DNA from: Candidatus Saccharimonadia bacterium
GTDB lineage: Bacteria > Patescibacteriota > Saccharimonadia > UBA4664
Direction of reading: 5' to 3'
Assembly (NCBI GenBank): GCA_035544015.1
Contig: DATKIP010000012.1
Coordinates: forward strand, 182,393-246,392
DNA: 64,000 nucleotides
Part shown: piece after piece, positions 44,250 through 55,676 of the stretch
Numbering within the stretch: the stretch's first letter is position 1
Layout of the letters: every line of letters starts with the position of its first letter
The notes under the pieces: model-generated
The model's database searches: none
What the model was told of the DNA's origin: nothing
Seen by the model: the letters and a program-made list of their open reading frames with translations, nothing else
Made by a program: the position numbers and the translations under genes

Positions 44250-44852
44250 ATGGCTGTGACTATCCCCGAACTCAAACAAGACATTAGCTTTCAAGCCACG
44301 CTGCGCGGCCAACCCCTCACCTTCCACTCCACGTGGGGCCTCTTCAGCCCCAAAGCCATCGATGAAGGCACCGTACTCCTGTTAAACCATATCGAGATCG
44401 CGCCCAACGCTCACGTGCTCGACCTTGGCTGCGGCTACGGGCCGCTTGGCCTCACGCTCGCAAAATTGGCTCCCCAGGGTCAAATACACCTCGTGGACAA
44501 AGACTTCGTCGCCATCGAATTCACCGCCAAAAACGCCCAGCTCAACCACCTCTCCAACACCCAGGCCTATCTATCCAACGGCTTCGCGCACGTCCCGCCC
44601 AGCGAAAAATTCGACCTCATCGTCTCCAACATACCGGCCAAAATCGGCACCGAGTTACTGCAAATATTCCTCCACGACGCCCACGCTCACCTCAACCCCG
44701 GCGGCCGGCTCTACCTCGTCACCGTCTCCGGACTCAAGGAGTACATGAAGCGCCACCTCACCGCCGTTTTCGGCAATTACTCTAAGCTCAAACAGTCCAA
44801 AACCTACACCGCCGCCATGGCGGTCAAAACCGACGCCGGAGACATGGCATGA
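44250..44852 (+). CDS. Class I SAM-dependent methyltransferase (RsmC/RlmG-like small-domain MTase)
   Basis: VLDLGCGYGPLG motif I. NIPAKIG resembles the N/DPPY-type motif IV region. Confidence 0.7.
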   Translation: MAVTIPELKQDISFQATLRGQPLTFHSTWGLFSPKAIDEGTVLLLNHIEIAPNAHVLDLGCGYGPLGLTLAKLAPQGQIHLVDKDFVAIEFTAKNAQLNHLSNTQAYLSNGFAHVPPSEKFDLIVSNIPAKIGTELLQIFLHDAHAHLNPGGRLYLVTVSGLKEYMKRHLTAVFGNYSKLKQSKTYTAAMAVKTDAGDMA

Positions 44853-45613
44853 AACTACTCCAGATCAACGTCTGGCAGGGCCGCCTGCTGCGCCCCTTGC
44901 TCGACCTCGTCAAGCACGAATCGCCCGACATCATCTGTGCCCAAGAAATTTACACCTACCCCGAGCCAATTGCCCCCACCTCACCCTGGAATTATTTCCG
45001 CACTGTTGAGCGAATCGCCGAGCTCGGCGGATACCAATATGTTCACTTTGCGCTCAGCACCACATTCACGATGGCAGATCATCCGCTGGGATACGGCAAC
45101 GCCATTCTCTCCCGCTACCCCCTCCACGACGCCTCGGTTCACTACACCGGCGGACCAGGACCGCTCACCCAAAACCACCTCGCGGCCTACGACAGCAACG
45201 CCACGCGCAACTTCCAACACGTAGTGGTAGACGCCGGCTCGACCAATATTAACCTCATCAACCACCATGGCCACTGGGTAAACCAGCCGCTCGGCGACGA
45301 TGCTTCAGCCCATCGGCTCCAGCTCGTGGCCAAATTCGTCGCCGGCCTCACCGGCCCCGTCATCGTCACCGGCGACTTCAATCTCTCGCCCCAAAGCCCC
45401 GCCATGAAACAATTCCTCGAAACTACCGGTCTCACCGACCAAGTTACCACTGCAGGCACCATTACCACCTCCCTATCGGCCGCCCATTATCTGTCCACCC
45501 CCATTGTTTGCGACTATATTTTGACGAACCCCGAGCTCACCGTCAGCTCGCTGCACGCCTCCGACCGTCTCGTTTCCGACCACCGCGCCATCATCGCCGA
45601 AATCGACGCCTAG
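44849..45613 (+). CDS. Endonuclease/exonuclease/phosphatase (EEP) family protein
   Basis: LLQINVWQG…DIICAQE N-terminal motif, C-terminal SDHRAI. Confidence 0.75.
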   Translation: MKLLQINVWQGRLLRPLLDLVKHESPDIICAQEIYTYPEPIAPTSPWNYFRTVERIAELGGYQYVHFALSTTFTMADHPLGYGNAILSRYPLHDASVHYTGGPGPLTQNHLAAYDSNATRNFQHVVVDAGSTNINLINHHGHWVNQPLGDDASAHRLQLVAKFVAGLTGPVIVTGDFNLSPQSPAMKQFLETTGLTDQVTTAGTITTSLSAAHYLSTPIVCDYILTNPELTVSSLHASDRLVSDHRAIIAEIDA

Positions 45614-45640
45614 CCAACCCGCCTGATATACTCATAGCCT

Positions 45641-45853
45641 ATGGCAAAAACACCCACCGATCCCCTCCGCGCGCGCCTGCTCGAACTCGCCGAAGAGATA
45701 AGCGAGCACACCGCCGGCCTCCGCGACTTCGGCACTACCCCCGGCAATGCCTGGCTGGCCAAAGGCGAGCTCCAACACCTCACCACCCTGCTCGCCGACA
45801 TGGAAAGCCTGCTCGAAGAGATCAAAGTCGCCGACGCCGAAGCCGGCTACTGA
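45641..45853 (+). CDS. Small helical hypothetical protein (70 aa)
   Basis: ORF with acidic, helical composition. Convergent with holA and overlaps its 3' end by 7 nt. Confidence 0.3.
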   Translation: MAKTPTDPLRARLLELAEEISEHTAGLRDFGTTPGNAWLAKGELQHLTTLLADMESLLEEIKVADAEAGY

Positions 45854-46785
45854 GCCACACCCGCCGCCACGCGGTAAATCAGCTGCTCCACGCCCACATC
45901 GGCCTTCACGCGGCCGGTCTTGACGTCGTACTCGCAGTCCGCCGCCGCTAGGTAGGCACTCCGCAGCGCCGCCTCACTCATGCGATCCTGAACCGCCGCC
46001 ATTTTGCCGGCCACAAACGGACTCATGCCAGCCGCTTTGGCCAGCTCGTTTGGGCTCATGGCCGCCGGGGCACTCTTGGCGAGCAGCAAGTTGCGCAATT
46101 GCCACTGCACCATAGTGAGGATATAAATTTCACTCTCTCGCCGCTCCAACAGCGCCCGATAACCCGCCAATGCCGCCGCCGTACGTCCGGCCGTCATCGC
46201 CTCCACCAGCTCAAAAATCGATTGCTCCACGCTCGACGTCACGAGCGCCCGCACATTTTGCACCGTCACCACCGCATCATAATTCACCAGTTTGTTGATC
46301 TCGCCGCTCAGCCGCCATTGATCCTCGCCGGCCATATCAACCAGCTCGCGCATCACCGCTGGTTCGGCCGAGCCACCAAGGCGCGTAATCTCTGCCCGCA
46401 CCCAGCCCAGGAGCTTAGGGCCACTCAGCGGCTCAAATTTCACCACCTTATCGGCCTTCGACAGCTGCTTAAACACGGTTGTGCGCTGATCCACCTCCCG
46501 GTCGGCAAACACCGCCACCGTCGAGGCCGGCACCCCGGCCATGATGCCGGCTAGCTTGTCACCAATGGCTTTGTTAAGGGCCAAACCTTCCACAATCACC
46601 AATCGCGAATTCGCCAAAAACGGGCTGGCCTGCAGCACACCCGTCAGCTCATGCGGCCGCATCGTCGCCCCCTCCACCCGCTCCAGGCCAAAATCCGCCC
46701 CCGCTTTCGCCACGTAAGCCTCCACCATCTGCTGAATTTGCCGGTGCAACTCGTACGTATTGGGGCCGTAGAAAAATAACGTCAT
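45847..46785 (-). CDS. holA: DNA polymerase III delta subunit
   Basis: Start likely MTLFFYGPNTYEL… HolA-like three-domain layout. Confidence 0.75.
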   Translation of the reverse strand: MTLFFYGPNTYELHRQIQQMVEAYVAKAGADFGLERVEGATMRPHELTGVLQASPFLANSRLVIVEGLALNKAIGDKLAGIMAGVPASTVAVFADREVDQRTTVFKQLSKADKVVKFEPLSGPKLLGWVRAEITRLGGSAEPAVMRELVDMAGEDQWRLSGEINKLVNYDAVVTVQNVRALVTSSVEQSIFELVEAMTAGRTAAALAGYRALLERRESEIYILTMVQWQLRNLLLAKSAPAAMSPNELAKAAGMSPFVAGKMAAVQDRMSEAALRSAYLAAADCEYDVKTGRVKADVGVEQLIYRVAAGVAQ

Positions 46786-46823
46786 ACCAGATAGTGTAGC
46801 GCATCTGATTTCCATGCCCCATT

Positions 46824-47297
46824 GTGCGCCAAGCCGTAATCGCGTACCGTAAAGCCATGAAGCTCGGGCTGGACGATCCTTTCGAATATATCAAAGCTCA
46901 CCGTCTCGCCAATATCCTGGGCCTCTTGGCTTGTCTAGCCTTCGGCTTCCTCCTCCTATTTGCCACCGGTCTGCTCGCACTGGTGCTACTCGGCTGCCTC
47001 ATAGCCGCCATCGGCATCGATACTCAGATTCTCAATGCCATCAAAAACAACCAAAATATTCGGCCGCACCTCATCAAACAAATAGCGGTTGGCACCGCGG
47101 CCAGCCTCATCATCACCTTTGCGGCCTACCAGTATCCCGACCTTGGTTGCCTCTGCGATACCGGCATCACCGGCCTAAGAATAGGCAGCACTGCCCTCGC
47201 ATTCGCAATTAGTGCTCTCATCTTAGTAGTACCGGGGATCGTGTTACTCCGACATACAAAGCTGCCGCTAGCTAATTCCTCTCCCAAAAATACCTGA
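46824..47297 (+). CDS. Hypothetical membrane protein (4 TM)
   Basis: Hydrophobic ORF. The start is uncertain (46824 or ATG 46857). Confidence 0.4.
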   Translation: MRQAVIAYRKAMKLGLDDPFEYIKAHRLANILGLLACLAFGFLLLFATGLLALVLLGCLIAAIGIDTQILNAIKNNQNIRPHLIKQIAVGTAASLIITFAAYQYPDLGCLCDTGITGLRIGSTALAFAISALILVVPGIVLLRHTKLPLANSSPKNT

Positions 47298-47345
47298 CAT
47301 TTTGCAGGCATGTAATTTGTCAGGTATTTCCGCCTACCCTACTAC

Positions 47346-48218
47346 CTATAATCGCTGGCACTTCGGGCACACATGCGTCCCCCGCCCAGCCACCCGGATT
47401 TTCTCGATCACCGTGCCGCACACCGCGCAAGGCAATCCCTGCCGCCGAAACACCCGCGCGTGCTCTAAGTAATCCCCCGTGCCGCCTAGTGAATTCACGT
47501 AATGCGCAAAACTCGTGCCGCCATGCTCGATGCCCGCCGTCATGATGTCGCGCGTCGCCGCCTGCAGCCGCCGCACCTCGGGCAGCGTCAGCGAACCCGC
47601 CAGCCGCGCCGGATGAATCCGCGCCAAATGCAGCGACTCGTCGGCGTAAATATTGCCAATGCCACCCACGGTCGACTGATCGAGTATCACCGCCTTCACC
47701 GGCGCCCGCGCGTGTCGCCGCAGCTGATCACCCAAATACGCAGCCGTAAATTCCGCCGACAGCACCTCCGGCCCCAGGCGCGCCACCAACGGATCCAGCC
47801 CCACCTCGGCCGTCGGCACGAGCTTCATCCAGCCAAATTTGCGCTGGTCGTTGAAAAACAGCCGATCGCCCGAAGCAAACCCAAACACCAGCCGCGTCGA
47901 CCCATCCGGCAGCGCCTCGCGCATGCTCAAAGACGGATGCCCACCAGCATACCGCTCCCCATCTGCCTTCACGAGCACCATTTGGCCTGTCATCTTCAAA
48001 TGAAACATCATCGTGTATCCGCGATCGAGCTCCAGCAGCAGCACCTTCGCTCGGCGCGCCACATGCCGCACCACCGCCCCCAGCATCACCGTACGCGCCA
48101 CTCCCACCGGCTCCACGAGGCTGCCGGGCCACCGCACATCCACGTCCGCGATAGTCTGGCCCACAATGCTCACCTCAAGCCCACGCCGAATTGTCTCTAC
48201 CTCCGGTCCTTCCGGCAT
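47346..48218 (-). CDS. mutM: Formamidopyrimidine-DNA glycosylase (Fpg/Nei family)
   Basis: MPEGPEVE N-terminal catalytic Pro2/Glu3. H2TH domain. C-terminal zinc finger CAVCG…CPKC. Confidence 0.85.
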   Translation of the reverse strand: MPEGPEVETIRRGLEVSIVGQTIADVDVRWPGSLVEPVGVARTVMLGAVVRHVARRAKVLLLELDRGYTMMFHLKMTGQMVLVKADGERYAGGHPSLSMREALPDGSTRLVFGFASGDRLFFNDQRKFGWMKLVPTAEVGLDPLVARLGPEVLSAEFTAAYLGDQLRRHARAPVKAVILDQSTVGGIGNIYADESLHLARIHPARLAGSLTLPEVRRLQAATRDIMTAGIEHGGTSFAHYVNSLGGTGDYLEHARVFRRQGLPCAVCGTVIEKIRVAGRGTHVCPKCQRL

Positions 48219-48221
48219 ATG

Positions 48222-48698
48222 TCACCGTTTCCTAGTCTGTTGAAGCTGCCATGTCCGGTAGCGCGTCCAGTCTTGAACCGACTTCACCGCCGTCCGCGCA
48301 TAACTATCCGAAGTAATCGACCGAAAATCCTCTTCGCGCACCGTTTCCGGGTTCTCGGCGATGAAATTCTCGAGAAGCACCAATTTGCCGCCTCGCCGCC
48401 GCACACTCTGCACCGAATACACCCGGCGCTGCTCAAATTTACCCTGCTTGTCATGCTCATATTCGATCCGCACCACCTCCTCGGCCGGCGCCGTATCAGC
48501 GTTCAGAATCGAGAGATGGCACCGATTCATCCGGCCACCCGACTCCGTAGCGTCAATCGTCATCTGGCGGCCCACCTCAGCACCCCCCGGCAGCCGCATC
48601 ACGCGCAGTTCACCCGAGGATTCCGCATCAATCGCCGTCGCCACCAGCGTCACAATCTCTTGGCAGGTGGCCTGCAGAATCTCGTCTGGCTCGCCCAT
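48222..48698 (-). CDS. Hypothetical protein (158 aa) wedged between polA and fpg
   Basis: 3-nt gaps to both neighbours. No motif recognised. Confidence 0.5.
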   Translation of the reverse strand: MGEPDEILQATCQEIVTLVATAIDAESSGELRVMRLPGGAEVGRQMTIDATESGGRMNRCHLSILNADTAPAEEVVRIEYEHDKQGKFEQRRVYSVQSVRRRGGKLVLLENFIAENPETVREEDFRSITSDSYARTAVKSVQDWTRYRTWQLQQTRKR

Positions 48699-48701
48699 CG
48701 C

Positions 48702-51491
48702 CTACAGCGCTCCCCAATTATTCCCCACGGCCGTATCCACCGCCAATGGCACGCCCAAATCAATCACCCCGCTCATCACCTCGGCCATCAACGCCGCCAC
48801 CTGTTCGCCCTTGGCCTCCGGCGCCTCCACGATGAGCTCATCGTGAATTTGCAGCAACAGATCACAGTCGTCGCCAAGCCGCCGCGCCAGCTCGATCATC
48901 GCCAACTTGTAAATATCCGCCGCCGTCCCCTGAATCGGCACATTCACCGCCACCCGCTCCGCCGAGCTGCGAATCTGAAAATTGCTCGACCGCACCTCCG
49001 GACAAGCCCGTCGACGCCCAAACAACGTCGCCGTATATTGCTTGTCATAGGCAAATTTCTTCGTCGCCTCGATGTACTCCTTAAGCTTGGGCCGCACCTC
49101 AAAGTACCGCTCAATAAACCCAGCTGCTTCTTTACCATCCATTCCCGTAGCCACACTCAACCCGTGCGGGCTCATGCCATACAACACCCCAAAATTGATC
49201 GTTTTCGAGGCACTTCGCTGCTCTTTTGTGACTTCCTCAAGCGGCACACCGTACAATTCCGCCGCCGTTTGCTGATGCAAATCGATCCCCGCTTTAAACG
49301 TCGCGATCATGTCTTGATCACCCGCCAGTGCCGCCGCCACCCGCAGCTCGATCTGCGAATAATCAGCGCTCACGAGCACACGACCCTCTGGAGCCACAAA
49401 CGCCGTCCGAATCTCGCGCCCCAGCTCAGTGCGCACCGGAATATTCTGCAAATTCGGGTTCGTACTCGAAAGCCGTCCTGTCTGTGCAATCGTTTGGCTA
49501 AAACTCGTGTGCACCCGGCCATCCGCTCCCACCTGTGCCGGCAAGGCGTCCACGTAGGTATTTTTGAGCTTATCGAGCTCACGATACTCCATAATCAGTG
49601 GAATAATCGGGTGCACCCCGCGCAGCTTCTCGAGCACATCCGCCGCCGTCGACACCCCCGTCTTGCCCTTCTTGAGCCCCGCCACCGGCAGCGCCAACCG
49701 TCCGTACAAAATCTGCCCCAACTGCGCCGGGCTGCCCAAGTTAAATTCCTCACCAGCCTGATCGTAAATCTCGCCTTTGAGCTCCCCAATGCGCTTTTCG
49801 AGCCGTTTGCCAAACGTCGCCAACACCTCCGTATCGAGCTTGATACCGGCGATCTCCATCTCACCTAGCACCGGCACAATCGGCCACTCTACCTCCGTGG
49901 CCAGCCGCTCCATGCTCCAGCCATACTCATTCACCTCGCGCCACTGCTCCAGCTGGCCTTTGAGCCGCTCGTACAGCCGCCACGAAATATCGGCGTCCTC
50001 AGCCGCATACGTAGCCGCCTCCTCGATATTGGTGCCGTTAAACGAAATCTGTGCTTTGCCCACGCCAATCATCTCCGAGATCGGAATCATTTCGATCCCC
50101 AGCTCGCTGTAGGCCAAGTCATCGAGCGACTGCGACCGTCCCACCGAATTGAGCAAAAACGCCGCGATCATAGTATCAAACGCAATGCCCTGCACCCGAA
50201 TCCCATGCCGCCGCAACACCTCGTAATCAAACTTCACGTTATGGCCGGTCTTGCCCACCGCCAGGTTCTCGAGCACCGGCCGCAGCCGGTCGAGCACCAC
50301 CGCCGATGCCAACTGCTCGCCCTCATCGTGACCCACCGGCACGTAGTAGGCCTCGCCTTCCGTAAACGCCACGCTCAAACCCACCAAATCCGCACTCATG
50401 GTATCTACCGAGGTGGTCTCGGTATCAAACGCAAACACCGGCTGCTGCTCGAGCTTGCTCGCCAGCTCCTCCAGTGCCGCTTCCGTCGTCACCGCCGTGT
50501 ACTTCACCGCGTCCAGATGCTCGCGCCGCGGCTTCGCCGGGCCGGCCTCATCGCCAAACAGCGTCAGCGGCCCCGTCGCGGCCACCTCCCCCACCGCGCC
50601 GCTCGCCACCGCCACCTCGCGCTTGAGCTCCGGCAGCTTGTTCATGAGGCTACGAAACTCCAGTCGCCGAAACAGCTCGCTCAGCTTTTCATAATCCCCC
50701 GGGCGCACTTTAGCCGCATCCAGATCGAGCTTCACCGGCGCATCACACACAATTACGCTCAGTTTACGGCTCAGGTAAGCCATTTCCTTCTCAGCGCGCA
50801 ATTTCTCACCCACGCTTCCCACAATCTCATTCGCATGCTCATAAATCCCATCGAGGGTCTGATACAGCGCCAGCAGCTTGATCGCCCCCTTGTCGCCAAT
50901 CCCCTTCACGCCCGGAATATTGTCGCTCGCATCGCCTACTAGCGCCTTGTAATCAATAAACTGCTGCGGCGTCAGCCCATATCGCTCCTGCATTTTGGCC
51001 AAATCGTACCGCGTTGGCTCCAAGCCGCGCGGGTTAAACATGTCCACCACCGTCGCCTTGTCGATCAGCTGCAGCTGATCTTTGTCGCCAGTCGCGATCA
51101 CAATCTCCAAGTCACCGCGCTCCTCGGCCTGCCGCGCCAGCGTGCCAATAATGTCATCAGCCTCGTAGTTTTCCAGCTCCACCCACGGCATTCGCAGCGC
51201 CTCCACCAGCTCACGCGTGGTCGGAATCTGCGCGTACAGATCATCCGGCTGCTTCACCCGCGTAGCTTTGTACGCCGGATAAAGCTCGTTGCGAAACGTT
51301 TTGCTCGATTTATCCCAGGTCACCACCACGTAAGCCGGCTGCAACGACTCGATCACCTTAAACATAATGTTGGCAAACCCGAGCACCGCGTTGGTAGGCG
51401 TACCATCGCGCGTCGATAAATGCGGAATCGCGTGGTACCCGCGGTGAAACACCGCCGACCCATCCACCAAGACCAATAATGGCTTCTTCAT
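48702..51491 (-). CDS. polA: DNA polymerase I (5'-3' exonuclease, 3'-5' exonuclease and polymerase domains)
   Basis: 929 aa. 5'-nuclease motifs, DxE exo motifs, motifs A (DYSQIELR), B (RRxxKxxNFGxxYG) and C (HDE). Confidence 0.97.
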   Translation of the reverse strand: MKKPLLVLVDGSAVFHRGYHAIPHLSTRDGTPTNAVLGFANIMFKVIESLQPAYVVVTWDKSSKTFRNELYPAYKATRVKQPDDLYAQIPTTRELVEALRMPWVELENYEADDIIGTLARQAEERGDLEIVIATGDKDQLQLIDKATVVDMFNPRGLEPTRYDLAKMQERYGLTPQQFIDYKALVGDASDNIPGVKGIGDKGAIKLLALYQTLDGIYEHANEIVGSVGEKLRAEKEMAYLSRKLSVIVCDAPVKLDLDAAKVRPGDYEKLSELFRRLEFRSLMNKLPELKREVAVASGAVGEVAATGPLTLFGDEAGPAKPRREHLDAVKYTAVTTEAALEELASKLEQQPVFAFDTETTSVDTMSADLVGLSVAFTEGEAYYVPVGHDEGEQLASAVVLDRLRPVLENLAVGKTGHNVKFDYEVLRRHGIRVQGIAFDTMIAAFLLNSVGRSQSLDDLAYSELGIEMIPISEMIGVGKAQISFNGTNIEEAATYAAEDADISWRLYERLKGQLEQWREVNEYGWSMERLATEVEWPIVPVLGEMEIAGIKLDTEVLATFGKRLEKRIGELKGEIYDQAGEEFNLGSPAQLGQILYGRLALPVAGLKKGKTGVSTAADVLEKLRGVHPIIPLIMEYRELDKLKNTYVDALPAQVGADGRVHTSFSQTIAQTGRLSSTNPNLQNIPVRTELGREIRTAFVAPEGRVLVSADYSQIELRVAAALAGDQDMIATFKAGIDLHQQTAAELYGVPLEEVTKEQRSASKTINFGVLYGMSPHGLSVATGMDGKEAAGFIERYFEVRPKLKEYIEATKKFAYDKQYTATLFGRRRACPEVRSSNFQIRSSAERVAVNVPIQGTAADIYKLAMIELARRLGDDCDLLLQIHDELIVEAPEAKGEQVAALMAEVMSGVIDLGVPLAVDTAVGNNWGAL

Positions 51492-51607
51492 GTAATCCAG
51501 TATACAGCCCCGTCGTGTGTTGGGCGTGACCCCGGAGGCCGCCGCTATATGCGACCCCCGGGAGCCACTATCTAATGCGGCATCATGTCCGCGCTAGATT
51601 CGACGCG

Positions 51608-52462
<855 letters not shown>

Positions 52463-52645
52463 TCATGGTGCTCCCAGCCCTAGAGCCGGAGCGCACCCGT
52501 AAAAATAGCGGTGGATGGGGAATCACACCGCCACTCGCCACGGACCGTATGCCCGTGGTTACGCAGACAACCTAGCAAACCCCCTCAAGTACGTCAACTC
52601 AGCTCAAACCACACTCAAAATTGAACACAAAAATTGCTCAGCATA

Positions 52646-54043
52646 TTACGCCCGGACGGGCTGAACACGATTCATCGCCGCCTTAGCTCGCTCTCCAATA
52701 TCAATCGGATACGCCCCGTCAAAACACGACATATTGAGCTTGCTACGCGCATGACCCGTCGCCTGCACCGTACCTTCATATGACAAGTAGCCCAGCGTCT
52801 CAGCTCCAATTTTTTGCCGAATTTCATCCACACTCATTCGCGCCGCTATGAGCTCGCTCGGGTCAGGCGTATTGATGCCATAGAAATCCGGATACCGCAC
52901 CGGCGGCGAACTCACGAGCACATGCACCTTGCGTGCACCCGCCCCGTACAACAAATCCACGATCTTGGCGGTAGTTGTGCCCCGCACGATCGAATCGTCT
53001 ACCACCACCACATCCTTGCCCATCACTACTTCCGGCACCGGATTAAGCTTGGTGCGCACATCGCGCTCGCGCAATTCCTGCGTAGGACGAATAAACGTGC
53101 GGTGAATGTAGCGATTTTTGATAAATCCATGATCAAACGCAATACCTGTCGCTTGGGCATACCCCAGCGCCGCCGGAATCGCACTATCCGGCACCGGCAC
53201 CACCACATCGGCCTTCAGCGGAAATTCCGCCGCCAAATTGCGGCCCATTTGCCGCCGCACCTCATTTACCTTACGACCCATAATCATACTGTCGGGACGA
53301 GCAAAATAAACATACTCGAAAATATCCAGCGCCTGACGAGCCTTCACCACCTGCCGACTCTGCACGCCATCAGGACCAATCGACACAATCTCACCCGGCT
53401 TCACATCGCGCAAAAACGCCGCCCCAATCGTATCAAACGCACACGTCTCCGAAGCAATCGTAAATCCATCCGCCAGCCTCCCCAGCGACAATGGCCGAAT
53501 CCCACACTCATCGCGAAAGCCCACCACCGTCACACCGTCCATCGCCACGCACGAAAAAGCCCCCGTAAACAGAGGCCAAGCGGCTTCGATGGCATCAATC
53601 ATGGGCTTACCCTGCTGCATGTACCAAGCAATACTCGCTGCCATCATGCCCGAATCATTGAGCCCCGCCGTCGACATACCATGCCGGTCCAAAAATTCCT
53701 CGAGCTTCTGAGTATCCGGCAGATTACCGTTGTGCGCAAAGGCCAGATTCACCCCGCGATGCACAAACGGCTGCAGATGCGAGCCCTCACCCGAAGTAGC
53801 ATAACGATTGTGGCCGATCGACATTTTGCCGCCAAGCCGCGCCAGATCCGCCTCGTTGTACACGTGCGCCACCAGCCCGCCACCAGCCCGCAAGTGCATA
53901 CCATGACTATCGCTACTCGCGATTCCCGAGCTCTCTTGGCCTCGATGCTGCAATGCCCACAATCCGTAGTAGGTAAGCCGCGCCGCGTCGGGACTATCAG
54001 TCACGACCCCGAACACACCGCACTTCTCGGTCAATTCCGGCAA
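52646..54043 (-). CDS. purF: Amidophosphoribosyltransferase
   Basis: N-terminal CGVFGV Ntn nucleophile after a short propeptide. PRTase motif VVVVDDSIVRGTT. Confidence 0.9.
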   Translation of the reverse strand: MPELTEKCGVFGVVTDSPDAARLTYYGLWALQHRGQESSGIASSDSHGMHLRAGGGLVAHVYNEADLARLGGKMSIGHNRYATSGEGSHLQPFVHRGVNLAFAHNGNLPDTQKLEEFLDRHGMSTAGLNDSGMMAASIAWYMQQGKPMIDAIEAAWPLFTGAFSCVAMDGVTVVGFRDECGIRPLSLGRLADGFTIASETCAFDTIGAAFLRDVKPGEIVSIGPDGVQSRQVVKARQALDIFEYVYFARPDSMIMGRKVNEVRRQMGRNLAAEFPLKADVVVPVPDSAIPAALGYAQATGIAFDHGFIKNRYIHRTFIRPTQELRERDVRTKLNPVPEVVMGKDVVVVDDSIVRGTTTAKIVDLLYGAGARKVHVLVSSPPVRYPDFYGINTPDPSELIAARMSVDEIRQKIGAETLGYLSYEGTVQATGHARSKLNMSCFDGAYPIDIGERAKAAMNRVQPVRA

Positions 54044-54103
54044 GGCTCCGCCCTCTTAGAGTTCCATTGTATATCGTTGGGCTCGCCTCCGACAACTCCT
54101 ATG

Positions 54104-55588
54104 TTACGCCCCCGGAATGGCGGCCAGCGACTCCGCTTCCACTTCCGTTTCGCGCTCAGCCTCATCGGCCGTCGCCCGGTGCACCTTCAGCACCGTCGCT
54201 GCCACCACGCTAGCGGCCACCGCAAACAGCGCCGCCATCGCAAATCCGCGCTGGAAACCGTGCACCAAAGCCGTCTGCATCACGGCCGGATTGCCGTGCG
54301 CCGCCACCAGGTCGGCCTTCGTCACCGAGGTCGACACCACGCTCAGCACTGCCAGGCCGATGGCCCCGCCGATCTGTTGCGCCGTATTAAGCAAGCCCGA
54401 GATCAACCCCGACTCCTCGTGCGACACGCCGCTCGTGGTCACCAAGGTGGTGGTCACGAACACCGCCGCCATACCAGTAGCCATCAGCGCAATGCCGGGG
54501 AAAATGTCGATCCAGTAGTTGGCATGCACCGGGATGCGCGCAAAGTACATCAGCCCAGCCGCCACTACGAGCGGCGCGATGATCAAAATCGGCTTAGGGT
54601 TAAGCTTAGCAATCCGCCCCGACAACACCCCGGCCACAATGATCAATATGATGGTAAACGGCACGTCCGCCACACCCGTCATCGTCGGCGAGTAGTGCAG
54701 AATCTGCTGCAGGTAAATCGACAGGTAGAAGAACATCCCAAATAGCGCTGCCGGCATCAGAGTCTGAATCAGACTCCCACCACTCACATTGCGCCGTCGA
54801 AAAATCCCCAGCTTTATCAACGGCTGCCGCACCCGCAACTCATTCACAATGAACACTGCCATCAGCGCCGCCGTCAGGCCAAATGCCCCCAACGTAACGC
54901 CACTGCCCCAGCCCTTCGACGGCACCTGCGCCAAAGCGTACACCAAACTCATCAAACTACCGGTCACCGTTACGGCGCCCATCAGATCCAGACTTTGCTT
55001 CGCTTGCGGCATACTCTTGGGCACAAACCGCAGCGCCATCACCATCACCACCACCGCAATCGGCACGTTGATGAAGAAAATCCAGCGCCAGTCCACGTAC
55101 TGTGTCAGCACGCCACCGAGCAGCAGCCCCACAGCGCCACCACCGCCGGCGATCATGCTCCAAATACCCAGCGCCCGGTTGCGCGCCGGCCCTTCAGCAA
55201 AAATCGTCAGCACCAGCGACAAAGCCGACGGCGCCAGCAATGCCCCGCCTAGACCCTGCAACGCTCGCAGTACTATCAATGTCCCCGGGTTCTGGGAAAA
55301 CCCAGCCGCCAGCGACGCTAGCGCAAAGAAGCCCACGCCGGCCATAAACACGCGGCGGCGGCCAAACAAATCCGCCAGCCTTCCGCCCAGCAGCAAAAAG
55401 CCGCCAAACGCCAGCGCGTAGGCCGTTACCACCCACTGCAAATCCGAAGCGGCGGCAAAGCCCAGCGCTTTCTGAATCGCCGGCAGTGCCACGTTCACAA
55501 TCGTGGCGTCCAAAATCACCATGAACTGCGCCGCGGCCAATACCGCCAGCGCCCAACCTTTATGTTTCACTGCTTCAATCACAAACAC
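54104..55588 (-). CDS. MFS transporter, DHA2 (EmrB/QacA) family, 14 TMS
   Basis: MFS motif A GRLADLFGRRR. 494 aa, ~14 hydrophobic segments. Confidence 0.85.
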   Translation of the reverse strand: MFVIEAVKHKGWALAVLAAAQFMVILDATIVNVALPAIQKALGFAAASDLQWVVTAYALAFGGFLLLGGRLADLFGRRRVFMAGVGFFALASLAAGFSQNPGTLIVLRALQGLGGALLAPSALSLVLTIFAEGPARNRALGIWSMIAGGGGAVGLLLGGVLTQYVDWRWIFFINVPIAVVVMVMALRFVPKSMPQAKQSLDLMGAVTVTGSLMSLVYALAQVPSKGWGSGVTLGAFGLTAALMAVFIVNELRVRQPLIKLGIFRRRNVSGGSLIQTLMPAALFGMFFYLSIYLQQILHYSPTMTGVADVPFTIILIIVAGVLSGRIAKLNPKPILIIAPLVVAAGLMYFARIPVHANYWIDIFPGIALMATGMAAVFVTTTLVTTSGVSHEESGLISGLLNTAQQIGGAIGLAVLSVVSTSVTKADLVAAHGNPAVMQTALVHGFQRGFAMAALFAVAASVVAATVLKVHRATADEAERETEVEAESLAAIPGA

Positions 55589-55626
55589 CTCCCGAGATAG
55601 ATCATTACATACAAAAGGTAGTATAG

Positions 55627-55639
55627 TTCAATAGTTGAA
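55627..55639. promoter_or_regulatory. Palindrome ttcaa-tag-ttgaa in the MarR / MFS divergent intergenic region (candidate MarR operator)
   Basis: Read directly. AT-rich 88-bp divergent region. Confidence 0.3.
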
Positions 55640-55676
55640 GTTGTCAAATATTTACTATTTGTATTATACTAAAGCC

